Shown here: one piece after another, positions 52,382-60,211 of the stretch
Numbering within the stretch: position 1 is the first letter of the stretch
Layout: each line of letters starts with the position of its first letter
From: Acidimicrobiia bacterium
GTDB lineage: Bacteria > Actinomycetota > Acidimicrobiia > Spongiisociales > ZC4RG35
DNA: 64,000 bases
Assembly: GCA_036556085.1 (NCBI GenBank)
Contig: DATBKE010000123.1
Coordinates: forward strand, 6,171-70,170
Direction: 5' to 3'
Translations under genes and position numbers: made by a program
Notes under the pieces: model-generated
What the model was told of the DNA's origin: nothing
Seen by the model: the letters and a program-made list of their open reading frames with translations, nothing else
Databases searched by the model: none

Positions 52382-53968
52382 TCAGTCTCCTCCTCGAGAC
52401 ATCTCTAACTCGATTACATGGTGATGACCGTCGACGCTGGTGCGCATGGCGTCGACCATTCGCTCGATTAGGAAAAGCCCCCAACCCCGCGGGCTCTGCT
52501 CTCCGGCGAGCTTGGCCTCGATGTCGGGAACCACAGGAGCCCCAATTGGCTTTCCGCCTCCCTGATCCCGAATTCTGACCAACAGCTTTTGGGCGTTGGC
52601 GAGGAGGTCGATCTCGATCAGCAACGCTGGATCCCCCTTGTTCCCATGCTCGATGGCGTTCATCGCCGCCTCGGAGACAGCTGTCTTCAGCCGCTCCAAC
52701 CGCTCTCCTGAGAAACCGAGCCCCACTGCGACTTCGGCGACGGCGTCCATCGCTTTTCGTTCGTTGCCCGAGGCGGAGGGGAACTTGAAGCTGGCGATCG
52801 AACCTGGCTCGTCGCCGAACGCCGTGGCCGACTCCAAGGCCGACGAGAGACGACGAACCGTGACCATGGTCACGTCGTCTTCCTGTTCCCGGTCGAACCC
52901 TTGAAAGCGGTGAAGCTCGTCGAGGATGGCAGAGATCAGGTCCGGGCCTCCCTCATGGCCGCCGACCAGCTTTTGCAGTCGGGCGAACCCAAACATGTCG
53001 CCGTCGGCGCTGTGCGCCTCGACGATGCCGTCGCTTGTGAGAAGCATTGTCTCTCCGAGCTCCACCCGGGCCGTGAGAACTTCGTAATTCATATCGGGCA
53101 GGAGCCCTAGCGGCATCCCGCGCGCCCTGAGCTCCGTCACCCCTGAAGCGGTTCGCACGTAAGGGAGGTTGTGGCCGGCGTTGGCGTACACAAGTTCGCC
53201 GGTCTCGGTATTGAGGACCCCATACAGACAGGTGACGAACATGGCAGGGGGGATCTCGGGGATCAACGAATTATTGGCCCGGAATAGAACCTCGCCGGGG
53301 TCGTCGGTGTGGGCCGCTACGCCCCGCAACGTGGTTCGAGTGGTGGCCATGACCAGCGCGGCGGGAACGCCCTTGTCGGTGACGTCGCCGATCACCAGTC
53401 CGATGCGATCGCCCGTGAGGGGGATGAAATCGTAGAAATCGCCGCCGACCGCCCGGGCCGATTGGTAGTAGGCCTCGATGTCCCAGCCCGCGAGGCGCGG
53501 AAGCTCTTTCGGGAGCAACGTCTGCTGGATGAGCGAGGCCACTCTCAGCTCCTGGTCAATTCGCTCCCGCTCCTTGGCCTCGGCCTCTTGTTGACGGACC
53601 AGTTGCGCGACCCGGATCGCCGGCGCCACCTGTCCGGCCAGTCCGGCAAGGAGCTTGCGATCATCCGTTGAATAGGGTTGATCGGAGAGGCGCCGTCCCA
53701 GGTTCAAGGTCCCGATGAGATCGCCCTGAGCTATGAGGGGAACGATGAGCTGCACGCCCTGGGCGCGGATTTCTGAGAGCGCGGGCGATTCCAGATTGAT
53801 TCGCTCCACCTCGATCGGGCCCCCGGTCGCAAGCAGGAAGGTGAAGAGCGGATCATGGTCATCAATCGGGACGGCCTCGACGACATCGGTCGGCGTCGAC
53901 GGGAATCCGGAATCCGTCTGCTGCCTTCTCTCCCCCCTGCGCAACCGTCTCAGGTTCTTCACAGCCAT
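52382..53968 (-). CDS. GAF-like + PP2C/SpoIIE phosphatase + RsbW-like kinase (HATPase_c_2) fusion protein
   Basis: GAF-like ...LIVPLIAQGDLIGTLNLGRR...DDRKLLAGLAGQVAPAIRVAQL. PP2C ...VGGDFYDF...VIGDVTDKGVPAALVMA...LTSDGIVEA... C-terminal kinase N-box VSEAAMNAIEHGN and G-box PRGWGLFLIERMVD. Confidence 0.85.
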   Translation of the reverse strand: MAVKNLRRLRRGERRQQTDSGFPSTPTDVVEAVPIDDHDPLFTFLLATGGPIEVERINLESPALSEIRAQGVQLIVPLIAQGDLIGTLNLGRRLSDQPYSTDDRKLLAGLAGQVAPAIRVAQLVRQQEAEAKERERIDQELRVASLIQQTLLPKELPRLAGWDIEAYYQSARAVGGDFYDFIPLTGDRIGLVIGDVTDKGVPAALVMATTRTTLRGVAAHTDDPGEVLFRANNSLIPEIPPAMFVTCLYGVLNTETGELVYANAGHNLPYVRTASGVTELRARGMPLGLLPDMNYEVLTARVELGETMLLTSDGIVEAHSADGDMFGFARLQKLVGGHEGGPDLISAILDELHRFQGFDREQEDDVTMVTVRRLSSALESATAFGDEPGSIASFKFPSASGNERKAMDAVAEVAVGLGFSGERLERLKTAVSEAAMNAIEHGNKGDPALLIEIDLLANAQKLLVRIRDQGGGKPIGAPVVPDIEAKLAGEQSPRGWGLFLIERMVDAMRTSVDGHHHVIELEMSRGGD

Positions 53969-54034
53969 CGTTACGACATTCCTATCGGGTGGGCGTTCCG
54001 TAAGCGTTACGGCTCACGGGGCGTATTGTTACGA
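53969..54034. promoter_or_regulatory. divergent intergenic region with a palindrome CCGTAAGCGTTACGG and three (C)GTTACG(A/G) direct repeats
   Basis: Palindrome at 53998-54012. GTTACG cores at 53970, 54006 and 54028; the last two are 22 bp apart. Confidence 0.3.
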
Positions 54035-54076
54035 GTCGCGGGCAATCGCCAAACTTTCGCCATCCCACCGCCCAGA

Positions 54077-56824
54077 TTGACTTCGACCAACCCCTCTCTC
54101 CAATTCTTTCTCCTGGGGCCGCCCCGCATACTGGTTGCCGGCAAACCCTTGCGCGTCGATACCAGGAAGGCGGTAGCGCTGGCCTGCTACCTCGTCTCCG
54201 AGAGCCACGAGCCGACGAGGGACGAACTGGTCGCCCTTCTCTGGCCCGAACTCGACGAGGGACGGGGGCGAGCGGCTCTTCGGCGCACAATGTCAGCACT
54301 GCGCACCGGTCTTGGAGGCGGCGCCCTCATCGCTGATCGAGATCGAGTGTCGCTCAATCTTCTCGACGCCTGGATCGACATCAGGGAGGCCGAGAACCTG
54401 AGCCGCCTCACCCATGAGCACACGGTGGATCAGGTCTGTCCGCAGTGCGCGTCGCCACTCGGCTCGGCAGTTTCGCTCCACAGAGGATCTTTTCTTGACG
54501 GCTTCTATCTGCGAGATGCGGCCGAGTTCGAGGAGTGGCAACGATCTCAGGCCGAGATGCACCGGAGGAATTGGCGAGAGCTTGTCAGTCGTTGGGGCTT
54601 GGCCCTAGCCAGCGCTGGGCGTTTCACAGAAGCCGAGGCGGCGGTTAGACGCCGTCTCCTGGCCGACGCTCTTGACGAGGTGGCCCACCGGCAGGTCATG
54701 CAGTTCCTCGTGTGGAGCGGAGACCGGGTAGGCGCGCTTCGCCAGTACCGAGAGTGTGCCGCCGTGCTCGATCGCGAACTCGGCGTGTCGCCGCTGCCGG
54801 AAACGCGTCAGCTTTACGAAATGATCATGGAAGGAACCGAGCCCCTTCCTCCGACGGGGAGGGTGGAGACGAGGCCAGTGTCCCGGGAGAGGACAGAGGT
54901 TCCAGCCCTGAGCCCGATCATCGGTCGCCAGCGGGAACTCGATCAAATGAGCGCCGCTCAGGGAAGCCTGATCCTCGAAGGCGATGAAGGCATCGGCAAG
55001 AGCCGGCTGCTCGACGCGTGGCTGGAGAGCCAGGCAGTGCCAGTAGCCCGCGCCAGCACGACACCCGGTGTCGAAGGAGTGCCCTACCTGGCGATCCGGG
55101 ACCTGCTCACATCCGCCCTGCCTTTTGCGGAGGGAATTCCGCCGGCCATCGCGGGAGAGGCAACGAGGCTCTTGCCCCAACTCGCCGAGGCCGGATTTCC
55201 GCAACCGACGGCGTCCGATCTCGGTCCGGGCGCGGCTGCGCACTTCCACGCCGGCGTTGTCGCCGCACTCCACCATCTTCTTCGAGGGGGCTGGCTGGTC
55301 GTGGACGATGCCCAGTGGCTCGATATGTCATCACTGGCAATCCTCAACGTCTTCCTCACCCACCCCGAGCCCAAGGGTGCCCGGCTGATATTGAGTTGGA
55401 GACAAGATGAGGTCGACGCTTCCCAGCCCTTATCAGTCCTGCTCCGGCGGCTCGAGCGGGACGGGGAAGTAGCGCGAATCCGCCTGGGGCCTCTGGACGA
55501 TTTGTCCTCGCGCCAGCTGCTCGACAACGGGCCGGGCCAGCACCTCAGCGAATCGGAGGCGAGAGAGATCCTCGCTCGAGCGCAGGGCAACCCCCTCTTC
55601 CTGATCTCTTATCGCGATGCGGCCGGTTCCGATCGCGCTGACCTACCGCGCGACCTGGAACGGCTGGTGGAGATTCGGCTGGATCGCCTGACCGAGACTT
55701 CCTGGCAGGTGTTATCAGCCGCCAGCGTGCTCGGGGCGGAGGTAGAGGCCGGCGTGCTGCAGAGCGTCAGCGGGCGGGGGGACGAAGAGATGGTTTCAGC
55801 GATCGAGGAACTCATCGCGCAGGGACTGATGATCGAGAACCAGAACGGAGTTGCCTTTACTCACGACGCAGTGCGAAGGGCAGTCCTTCAGCGCCTATCG
55901 AAGGCGCGGACGAGGATTCTTCATGGTCGGGCAGCCGATGCCCTGACGGGACCGATGCAGACGGCAGCGCGGGCCTGGCATCTCGAAGCGGCCGGCCGCA
56001 CCGCTGATGCCGCCTCCTCCCATTTCGAAGCCGGCCGGGAAGCAATCGACCTCCACGCCTACGAGGTTGGGAGCGTCCACCTGCGAGCCGCAGCCGCCTT
56101 GGGTTACCCAGATCGGGATCGGCTCGGGCTGTTGCTGGGAGATGCGGCTGTTCGTTTGGGCGACTACGGCGCCGCTCTCGCCGCCTTTGCCACGGTGAAG
56201 GAGGGCCCGGCCACCGAATATCGGATCGGAGGCGTATATCAGCGGCTTCGCCGATGGCCGTTGGCGCAAGCCTCGCTCGAACGCGCCGCGGCGCTCGATC
56301 CACCGCCCGACCTCTCGAACCGCATCACTGCTGATCGGGCGGTTGTCGCCCATCACCAGGGAGACGATGTGGCCGCCGAGGAACTGGTCAGGCTGGCTCG
56401 CCAGGAGGCGAAGACAAGTGGCGACCTCGCCGGGTTGGCGCAGGCCGCCAACCTATCGGGCATGCTGGCTCCGAACCCGCGGGTAGCAATCAGCCGGTTG
56501 AAGAAGGCCAACGCCATCGCCCACGAGACGGGTCGGGCTGAGCTGGTGGCTGCGACGTTGAACAACCTTGGATTGGCATATCGAAGAGCTGGAGATCTGC
56601 CCGCTGCGATCGAGGCTGGCGAAGCAGCCTTAGCCGTCCTCGAGCGAGTTGGTGATCGCCACCAGCTCGCCGCCCTCCACAACAACCTTGCCGACACCTT
56701 GCATCAGGCGGGCCGCGGTGACCTTTCCCGGGCTCACCTCACCGAATCGGTGCGATTATTCGCCGACGTTGGCCTTGAACCGGGGACATTTGAACCGGAG
56801 ATCTGGAAACTGTCGGAATGGTGA
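54077..56824 (+). CDS. SARP/AfsR-family regulator: OmpR-type wHTH + BTAD + AAA/NB-ARC-like ATPase + TPR
   Basis: ...LQFFLLGPPRILVAGKPLRVDTRKAVALACYLV... (wHTH), ...DEVAHRQVMQFLVWSGDRVGALRQYRECAAVLDRELGVSPLPETRQLYEMI (BTAD), ...LILEGDEGIGKSRLL (P-loop), and C-terminal TPR-like repeats. TTG 54077 chosen as start; TTG 54026 is also possible. Confidence 0.8.
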   Translation: MTSTNPSLQFFLLGPPRILVAGKPLRVDTRKAVALACYLVSESHEPTRDELVALLWPELDEGRGRAALRRTMSALRTGLGGGALIADRDRVSLNLLDAWIDIREAENLSRLTHEHTVDQVCPQCASPLGSAVSLHRGSFLDGFYLRDAAEFEEWQRSQAEMHRRNWRELVSRWGLALASAGRFTEAEAAVRRRLLADALDEVAHRQVMQFLVWSGDRVGALRQYRECAAVLDRELGVSPLPETRQLYEMIMEGTEPLPPTGRVETRPVSRERTEVPALSPIIGRQRELDQMSAAQGSLILEGDEGIGKSRLLDAWLESQAVPVARASTTPGVEGVPYLAIRDLLTSALPFAEGIPPAIAGEATRLLPQLAEAGFPQPTASDLGPGAAAHFHAGVVAALHHLLRGGWLVVDDAQWLDMSSLAILNVFLTHPEPKGARLILSWRQDEVDASQPLSVLLRRLERDGEVARIRLGPLDDLSSRQLLDNGPGQHLSESEAREILARAQGNPLFLISYRDAAGSDRADLPRDLERLVEIRLDRLTETSWQVLSAASVLGAEVEAGVLQSVSGRGDEEMVSAIEELIAQGLMIENQNGVAFTHDAVRRAVLQRLSKARTRILHGRAADALTGPMQTAARAWHLEAAGRTADAASSHFEAGREAIDLHAYEVGSVHLRAAAALGYPDRDRLGLLLGDAAVRLGDYGAALAAFATVKEGPATEYRIGGVYQRLRRWPLAQASLERAAALDPPPDLSNRITADRAVVAHHQGDDVAAEELVRLARQEAKTSGDLAGLAQAANLSGMLAPNPRVAISRLKKANAIAHETGRAELVAATLNNLGLAYRRAGDLPAAIEAGEAALAVLERVGDRHQLAALHNNLADTLHQAGRGDLSRAHLTESVRLFADVGLEPGTFEPEIWKLSEW

Positions 56825-56970
56825 CAGTCGTTGCCCATCTCGGCGGAATCGATGAGATCGGGATCTTCGTCGTCCCGGCCGTGCTCGCGGTTCTTGCCCT
56901 CCGCTGGGCCGAGCGCAGAGCCCAGCGGCGAGCAGCGGATGAGGAGGCCGAGAAGACAACCCGCAAGTAG
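56818..56970 (+). CDS. candidate 50-aa single-TM protein, unannotated
   Basis: My translation: ATGGTGA overlaps the SARP stop. MVTVVAHLGGIDEIGIFVVPAVLAVLALRWAERRAQRRAADEEAEKTTRK*. Confidence 0.35.
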   Translation: MVTVVAHLGGIDEIGIFVVPAVLAVLALRWAERRAQRRAADEEAEKTTRK

Positions 56971-56992
56971 GCCCGTTTAAGCTCACCGGCCG

Positions 56993-58177
56993 ATGACCCT
57001 CTCGGCAGCAGCTTCGGCCCTGGGTGCTCCAGAAGCCATCGTCAAGCGCTCCGCTGAGGCCCGGGCCAAGGCCAGCGGAGTCTCAGTCGACGAGATCCTG
57101 GCGGCCTGGGCAGGGGGAGAAGCCGTTACCGCCGCCCCTCCTCCCGCCCCTCCGGTCGAAGAGGTTGAGGTGCCCGAGCCCAGCCCGACCCCCTCGCCAC
57201 CTCCTGCGCCGACACCAGCGTTCACCCCGCCGGTGCCACAGGTCATCGAGCTCGAGGAGGAGCTGGTCGAGGCCCGGCCCCTGCGTGAACGAATTTCGGT
57301 CGCCGGCCGGGTGGGATTCTGGTCAGGCGTTCTCCTTGGGGTCCTGGGTCTGCTGGCGGCATCCCCGTGGACTTTGCCCAATGCTTCGGTCATCGGCGAG
57401 GAGGGGGATTTCAGCCCCGCCTTGATCCTGGAACGGGGTCGGCTCGTCCTCGTGACCGCTCTCTTCTCCGTGTTGTTCGGAGCGATCGTGGCGTCGCTTT
57501 CCCGCACCCTTGCCGGCTGGGTGCAAAACGGCGGCGCTCTCGCCGGCCGCGGTCGCACCAGCGCCCTGATCGGTGCAGTGCTGGGCGGGGTTCTCGGGCT
57601 CGGCGCCGGTGCGGCCCTGGCTTCGTTCGGTCAACCGGTCGAGAACACCCCGGAACTGATCGAGCTCCCGGTGGTGGCGGCGATCTTCGTCGTGATGATC
57701 GGCGGCGGCGTCCTGGGATGGATCGTGGCGGTGGTGGTGCAAGTCCTCGGCGTCCCGGCACGGGTCGGCGACGAGGAGAGCGAGGAAATGACGAGGGTTC
57801 AGTCGCGGCTGACCGGCGCCATCGCGGTTCCGCTGGCGGGCCTTCTCGCCCTCGGATTGCTGGTGCTGCCGCTGGCCATCGTCCTCATTCGATCCAACCA
57901 TCTCGCCTCCGGAGGTGCCGCCATCCTGGCCATCATCGCCTCGGCCAGCATCCTCGCCATTGCCTCCCTCTCGGCCTCGCGACCCGGGATGCGCATTTCC
58001 CGAGGGGAGTTTCTATTGGCCTTGGGGGGGATCGGGATCGTGGTCATGATCGTGTTCGCGGTGATGCTGGCAAGGAACCCCGATGCCCTACACCAAGATG
58101 AGGAGGCTACGGCGACCGAAGAGACGGTGGCAGGCGAGGAATCCGCCGAAACGACCGCGGCAACGACGACGCCCTAG
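56993..58177 (+). CDS. hypothetical membrane protein with a soluble N-terminal domain, a Pro-rich linker and about 8 TM segments
   Basis: N-terminus ...AIVKRSAEARAKASGVSVDEILAAWAGG, then PPPAPPVEEVEVPEPSPTPSPPPAPTPAFTPP, then hydrophobic spans. No family recognised. Confidence 0.6.
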   Translation: MTLSAAASALGAPEAIVKRSAEARAKASGVSVDEILAAWAGGEAVTAAPPPAPPVEEVEVPEPSPTPSPPPAPTPAFTPPVPQVIELEEELVEARPLRERISVAGRVGFWSGVLLGVLGLLAASPWTLPNASVIGEEGDFSPALILERGRLVLVTALFSVLFGAIVASLSRTLAGWVQNGGALAGRGRTSALIGAVLGGVLGLGAGAALASFGQPVENTPELIELPVVAAIFVVMIGGGVLGWIVAVVVQVLGVPARVGDEESEEMTRVQSRLTGAIAVPLAGLLALGLLVLPLAIVLIRSNHLASGGAAILAIIASASILAIASLSASRPGMRISRGEFLLALGGIGIVVMIVFAVMLARNPDALHQDEEATATEETVAGEESAETTAATTTP

Positions 58178-58488
58178 GCGTCTTCCAACGCCAGCGCTCG
58201 CAACACGCCGTCCACCCGTTCCCAGGTAACGAAAATCGGACTGCCATCGCGCATGTGCTCGCGCAGATGACTCAGGGGATAGGGGTAATCACCATCCGGT
58301 ACCGGCTCGAAAGTGAGCTCATCGCCTTCGACCAACAGGGTGAACGAGTTCACCTCGCTCAGGGTGCCGTCGACCGCGATCACAACGCCCATCGCAGTCC
58401 CCGAGTTCGAGGTGCAGGCCAGGAGAACGAAGGCGGCCAGACCGGCCGCTAGGGAACGGTTCGCAGCTCTTCTTCGATCTGGTCCCAC
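58174..58488 (-). CDS. small lipoprotein of unknown function downstream of ctaG
   Basis: GGAGGAG SD 5 nt before GTG 58488. (V)GPDRRRAANRSLAAGLAAFVLLAC|TSNSG lipobox. The remainder of track ORF 58174..59190 is a shadow of ctaG. Confidence 0.55.
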   Translation of the reverse strand: MGPDRRRAANRSLAAGLAAFVLLACTSNSGTAMGVVIAVDGTLSEVNSFTLLVEGDELTFEPVPDGDYPYPLSHLREHMRDGSPIFVTWERVDGVLRALALEDA

Positions 58489-59264
58489 CGCTTCTCCTCC
58501 GATGCCCATCGGAACCAGATAACGGCCATCAAGATCCAAAAGTAGACGGTGCCGCCGATCTTCATGATCAACCCGGCAATGGTTTGGTCCGCCACCGCGG
58601 TGAGCCCGAAAGCGAGCGACGCATCTCCGTAGGCCGGATAGATCGGGACGCTGGAAAAGGTGAGAAAGCTGGCGGGGATGGTGGGGAGGATCGAATTGAG
58701 GAAGAGATATACAAGTTGCATCGGCGGGGTGATACGCGGAATCACCGTTGCCGGGGAGACCACGGGCAGCCACATCAGCACCGCCGATCCAAAGAGGAAG
58801 GCATGAATCAAGAAATGCGCGAGCTCGTTGCGCAGCGACAAGGCCACCGCCTCCGGCCAGTGGGTCGCCACCATGCCCAGATTGAAGATGGCGAAGGCGG
58901 TCACCGGATGGGCAAGTCGTTTGAGCCAGGGACGCACCCAGGGATGGCCGAAGAGGCGGTCGGCCAGCTGCCGGTTGAGACCCAAGATCATGAGCGGGGG
59001 AGCAAAGAGGGTGATGACCATGTGGTCGACCATGTGAACCCAGTAGAGACTCGTCTCGGCGAGGTCGTGAAAGGGCCAGGAGGAGACGATCCACAAGAGG
59101 CCAAGCCCGGCATAGAAGCTGGTCCATTGCGTTCCCGTCGACCCAACCAAGGTGGGGCCGAGGTGGGGCCGGATCCGAACCTGGAGCCACCAGTAGGTAA
59201 GTCCGATTATTCCCAGGATCAACACCACGTCGAGGTGGAGGTGAAAAGCGGGGAGTGGTGCCAT
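58449..59264 (-). CDS. ctaG: cytochrome c oxidase assembly factor CtaG (Bacillus caa3-type)
   Basis: 271 aa polytopic protein. ...WPFHDLAETSLYWVHMVDHMVITLFAPPLMILG... is typical of the Caa3_CtaG family. TAATG overlap with ctaF. Confidence 0.8.
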   Translation of the reverse strand: MAPLPAFHLHLDVVLILGIIGLTYWWLQVRIRPHLGPTLVGSTGTQWTSFYAGLGLLWIVSSWPFHDLAETSLYWVHMVDHMVITLFAPPLMILGLNRQLADRLFGHPWVRPWLKRLAHPVTAFAIFNLGMVATHWPEAVALSLRNELAHFLIHAFLFGSAVLMWLPVVSPATVIPRITPPMQLVYLFLNSILPTIPASFLTFSSVPIYPAYGDASLAFGLTAVADQTIAGLIMKIGGTVYFWILMAVIWFRWASEEKRWDQIEEELRTVP

Positions 59265-59575
59265 TAGCGACTAGCGGCGAGAACTCCGAATGAGATCAAC
59301 ACCACGGCATAGAGGGAAAACGCCAGGGCGAAGCCAAACGTGAAGAAGCGGCTGACCGCCGCTTTCTCATAACGAATATGCATGTACCAGCCCACGACGA
59401 TGGCGAACTTGAGAAACGCCAGGACCAGCAGGGCGGCGGTGTTGATCCAACCCAACTGGACTGCGTCGTTGATGTAGAAGAGCCCTACTTCGATAGCGGT
59501 AAGGACCGCGAGGCCGATCGCGATCTTGACGTATTGGGCCGGGGTGGGATGAGCGACGTCGTGTTCGTCGGCCAT
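59264..59575 (-). CDS. ctaF: cytochrome c oxidase subunit IV (prokaryotic CtaF/COX4_pro type)
   Basis: 103 aa, 3 TM. ...HPTPAQYVKIAIGLAVLTAIEVGLFY... Confidence 0.8.
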   Translation of the reverse strand: MADEHDVAHPTPAQYVKIAIGLAVLTAIEVGLFYINDAVQLGWINTAALLVLAFLKFAIVVGWYMHIRYEKAAVSRFFTFGFALAFSLYAVVLISFGVLAASR

Positions 59576-59578
59576 GGG

Positions 59579-60211
59579 CTAGGAAGCTCCCGGAACGGCA
59601 GTGAGCAAGTAAACGACGGTGAAGATCACGATCCAGATGATGTCGACGAAGTGCCAGTAGAGACCAACCAGTTCGAGGTTGAGGTACTGGCGATTGGTCA
59701 ACCCCCCCATGCGCTTGGACAGGCCAAAGAGCGACAACAGCATGATCACCCCGATGGCAACGTGAGTGCCGTGGAAGCCCGTCAAAACGTAGAAGGCCGA
59801 TGCAGAGGGATTCGTGGCGAGGGTCATGTTCTCGAGGGTGATGAACTCGGTGAATTCGAAGACCTGACCGGCGAGAAACACCGAGCCCAGCATGGCGGTC
59901 GCCAGAAGCCAGGTACGGGTTGCGCCCTGATCTCCGCGGCTGAGGGCGTTATGGGCCAGGACCATCGTTAGTGAGCTCATCAAGAGGACGAAGGAGCTGA
60001 CCGAGGTGAATGGGATGTCGTAGATCTCAGAAGGCTTGGGGCCCGTCGCGAATTCCCGCCCGACGTACAGGAGATAATTGGTGATGAGGGCTCCGAAGAA
60101 GAGAAATTCGGAGCTGAGAAACGCCCACATGGCCAGTTTGCGGTTCTCGACCCCGGTTGACTCGTGAACGTCCTGGTGAGGGCTCTGGGCCTCGTGAGCG
60201 GCGGCGGTCAA
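59579..60211 (-). CDS. ctaE: cytochrome c oxidase subunit III
   Basis: ...MWAFLSSEFLFFGALI...LTGFHGTHVAIGVIML...YWHFVDIIWIVIFTVVY... Confidence 0.9.
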   Translation of the reverse strand: MTAAAHEAQSPHQDVHESTGVENRKLAMWAFLSSEFLFFGALITNYLLYVGREFATGPKPSEIYDIPFTSVSSFVLLMSSLTMVLAHNALSRGDQGATRTWLLATAMLGSVFLAGQVFEFTEFITLENMTLATNPSASAFYVLTGFHGTHVAIGVIMLLSLFGLSKRMGGLTNRQYLNLELVGLYWHFVDIIWIVIFTVVYLLTAVPGAS

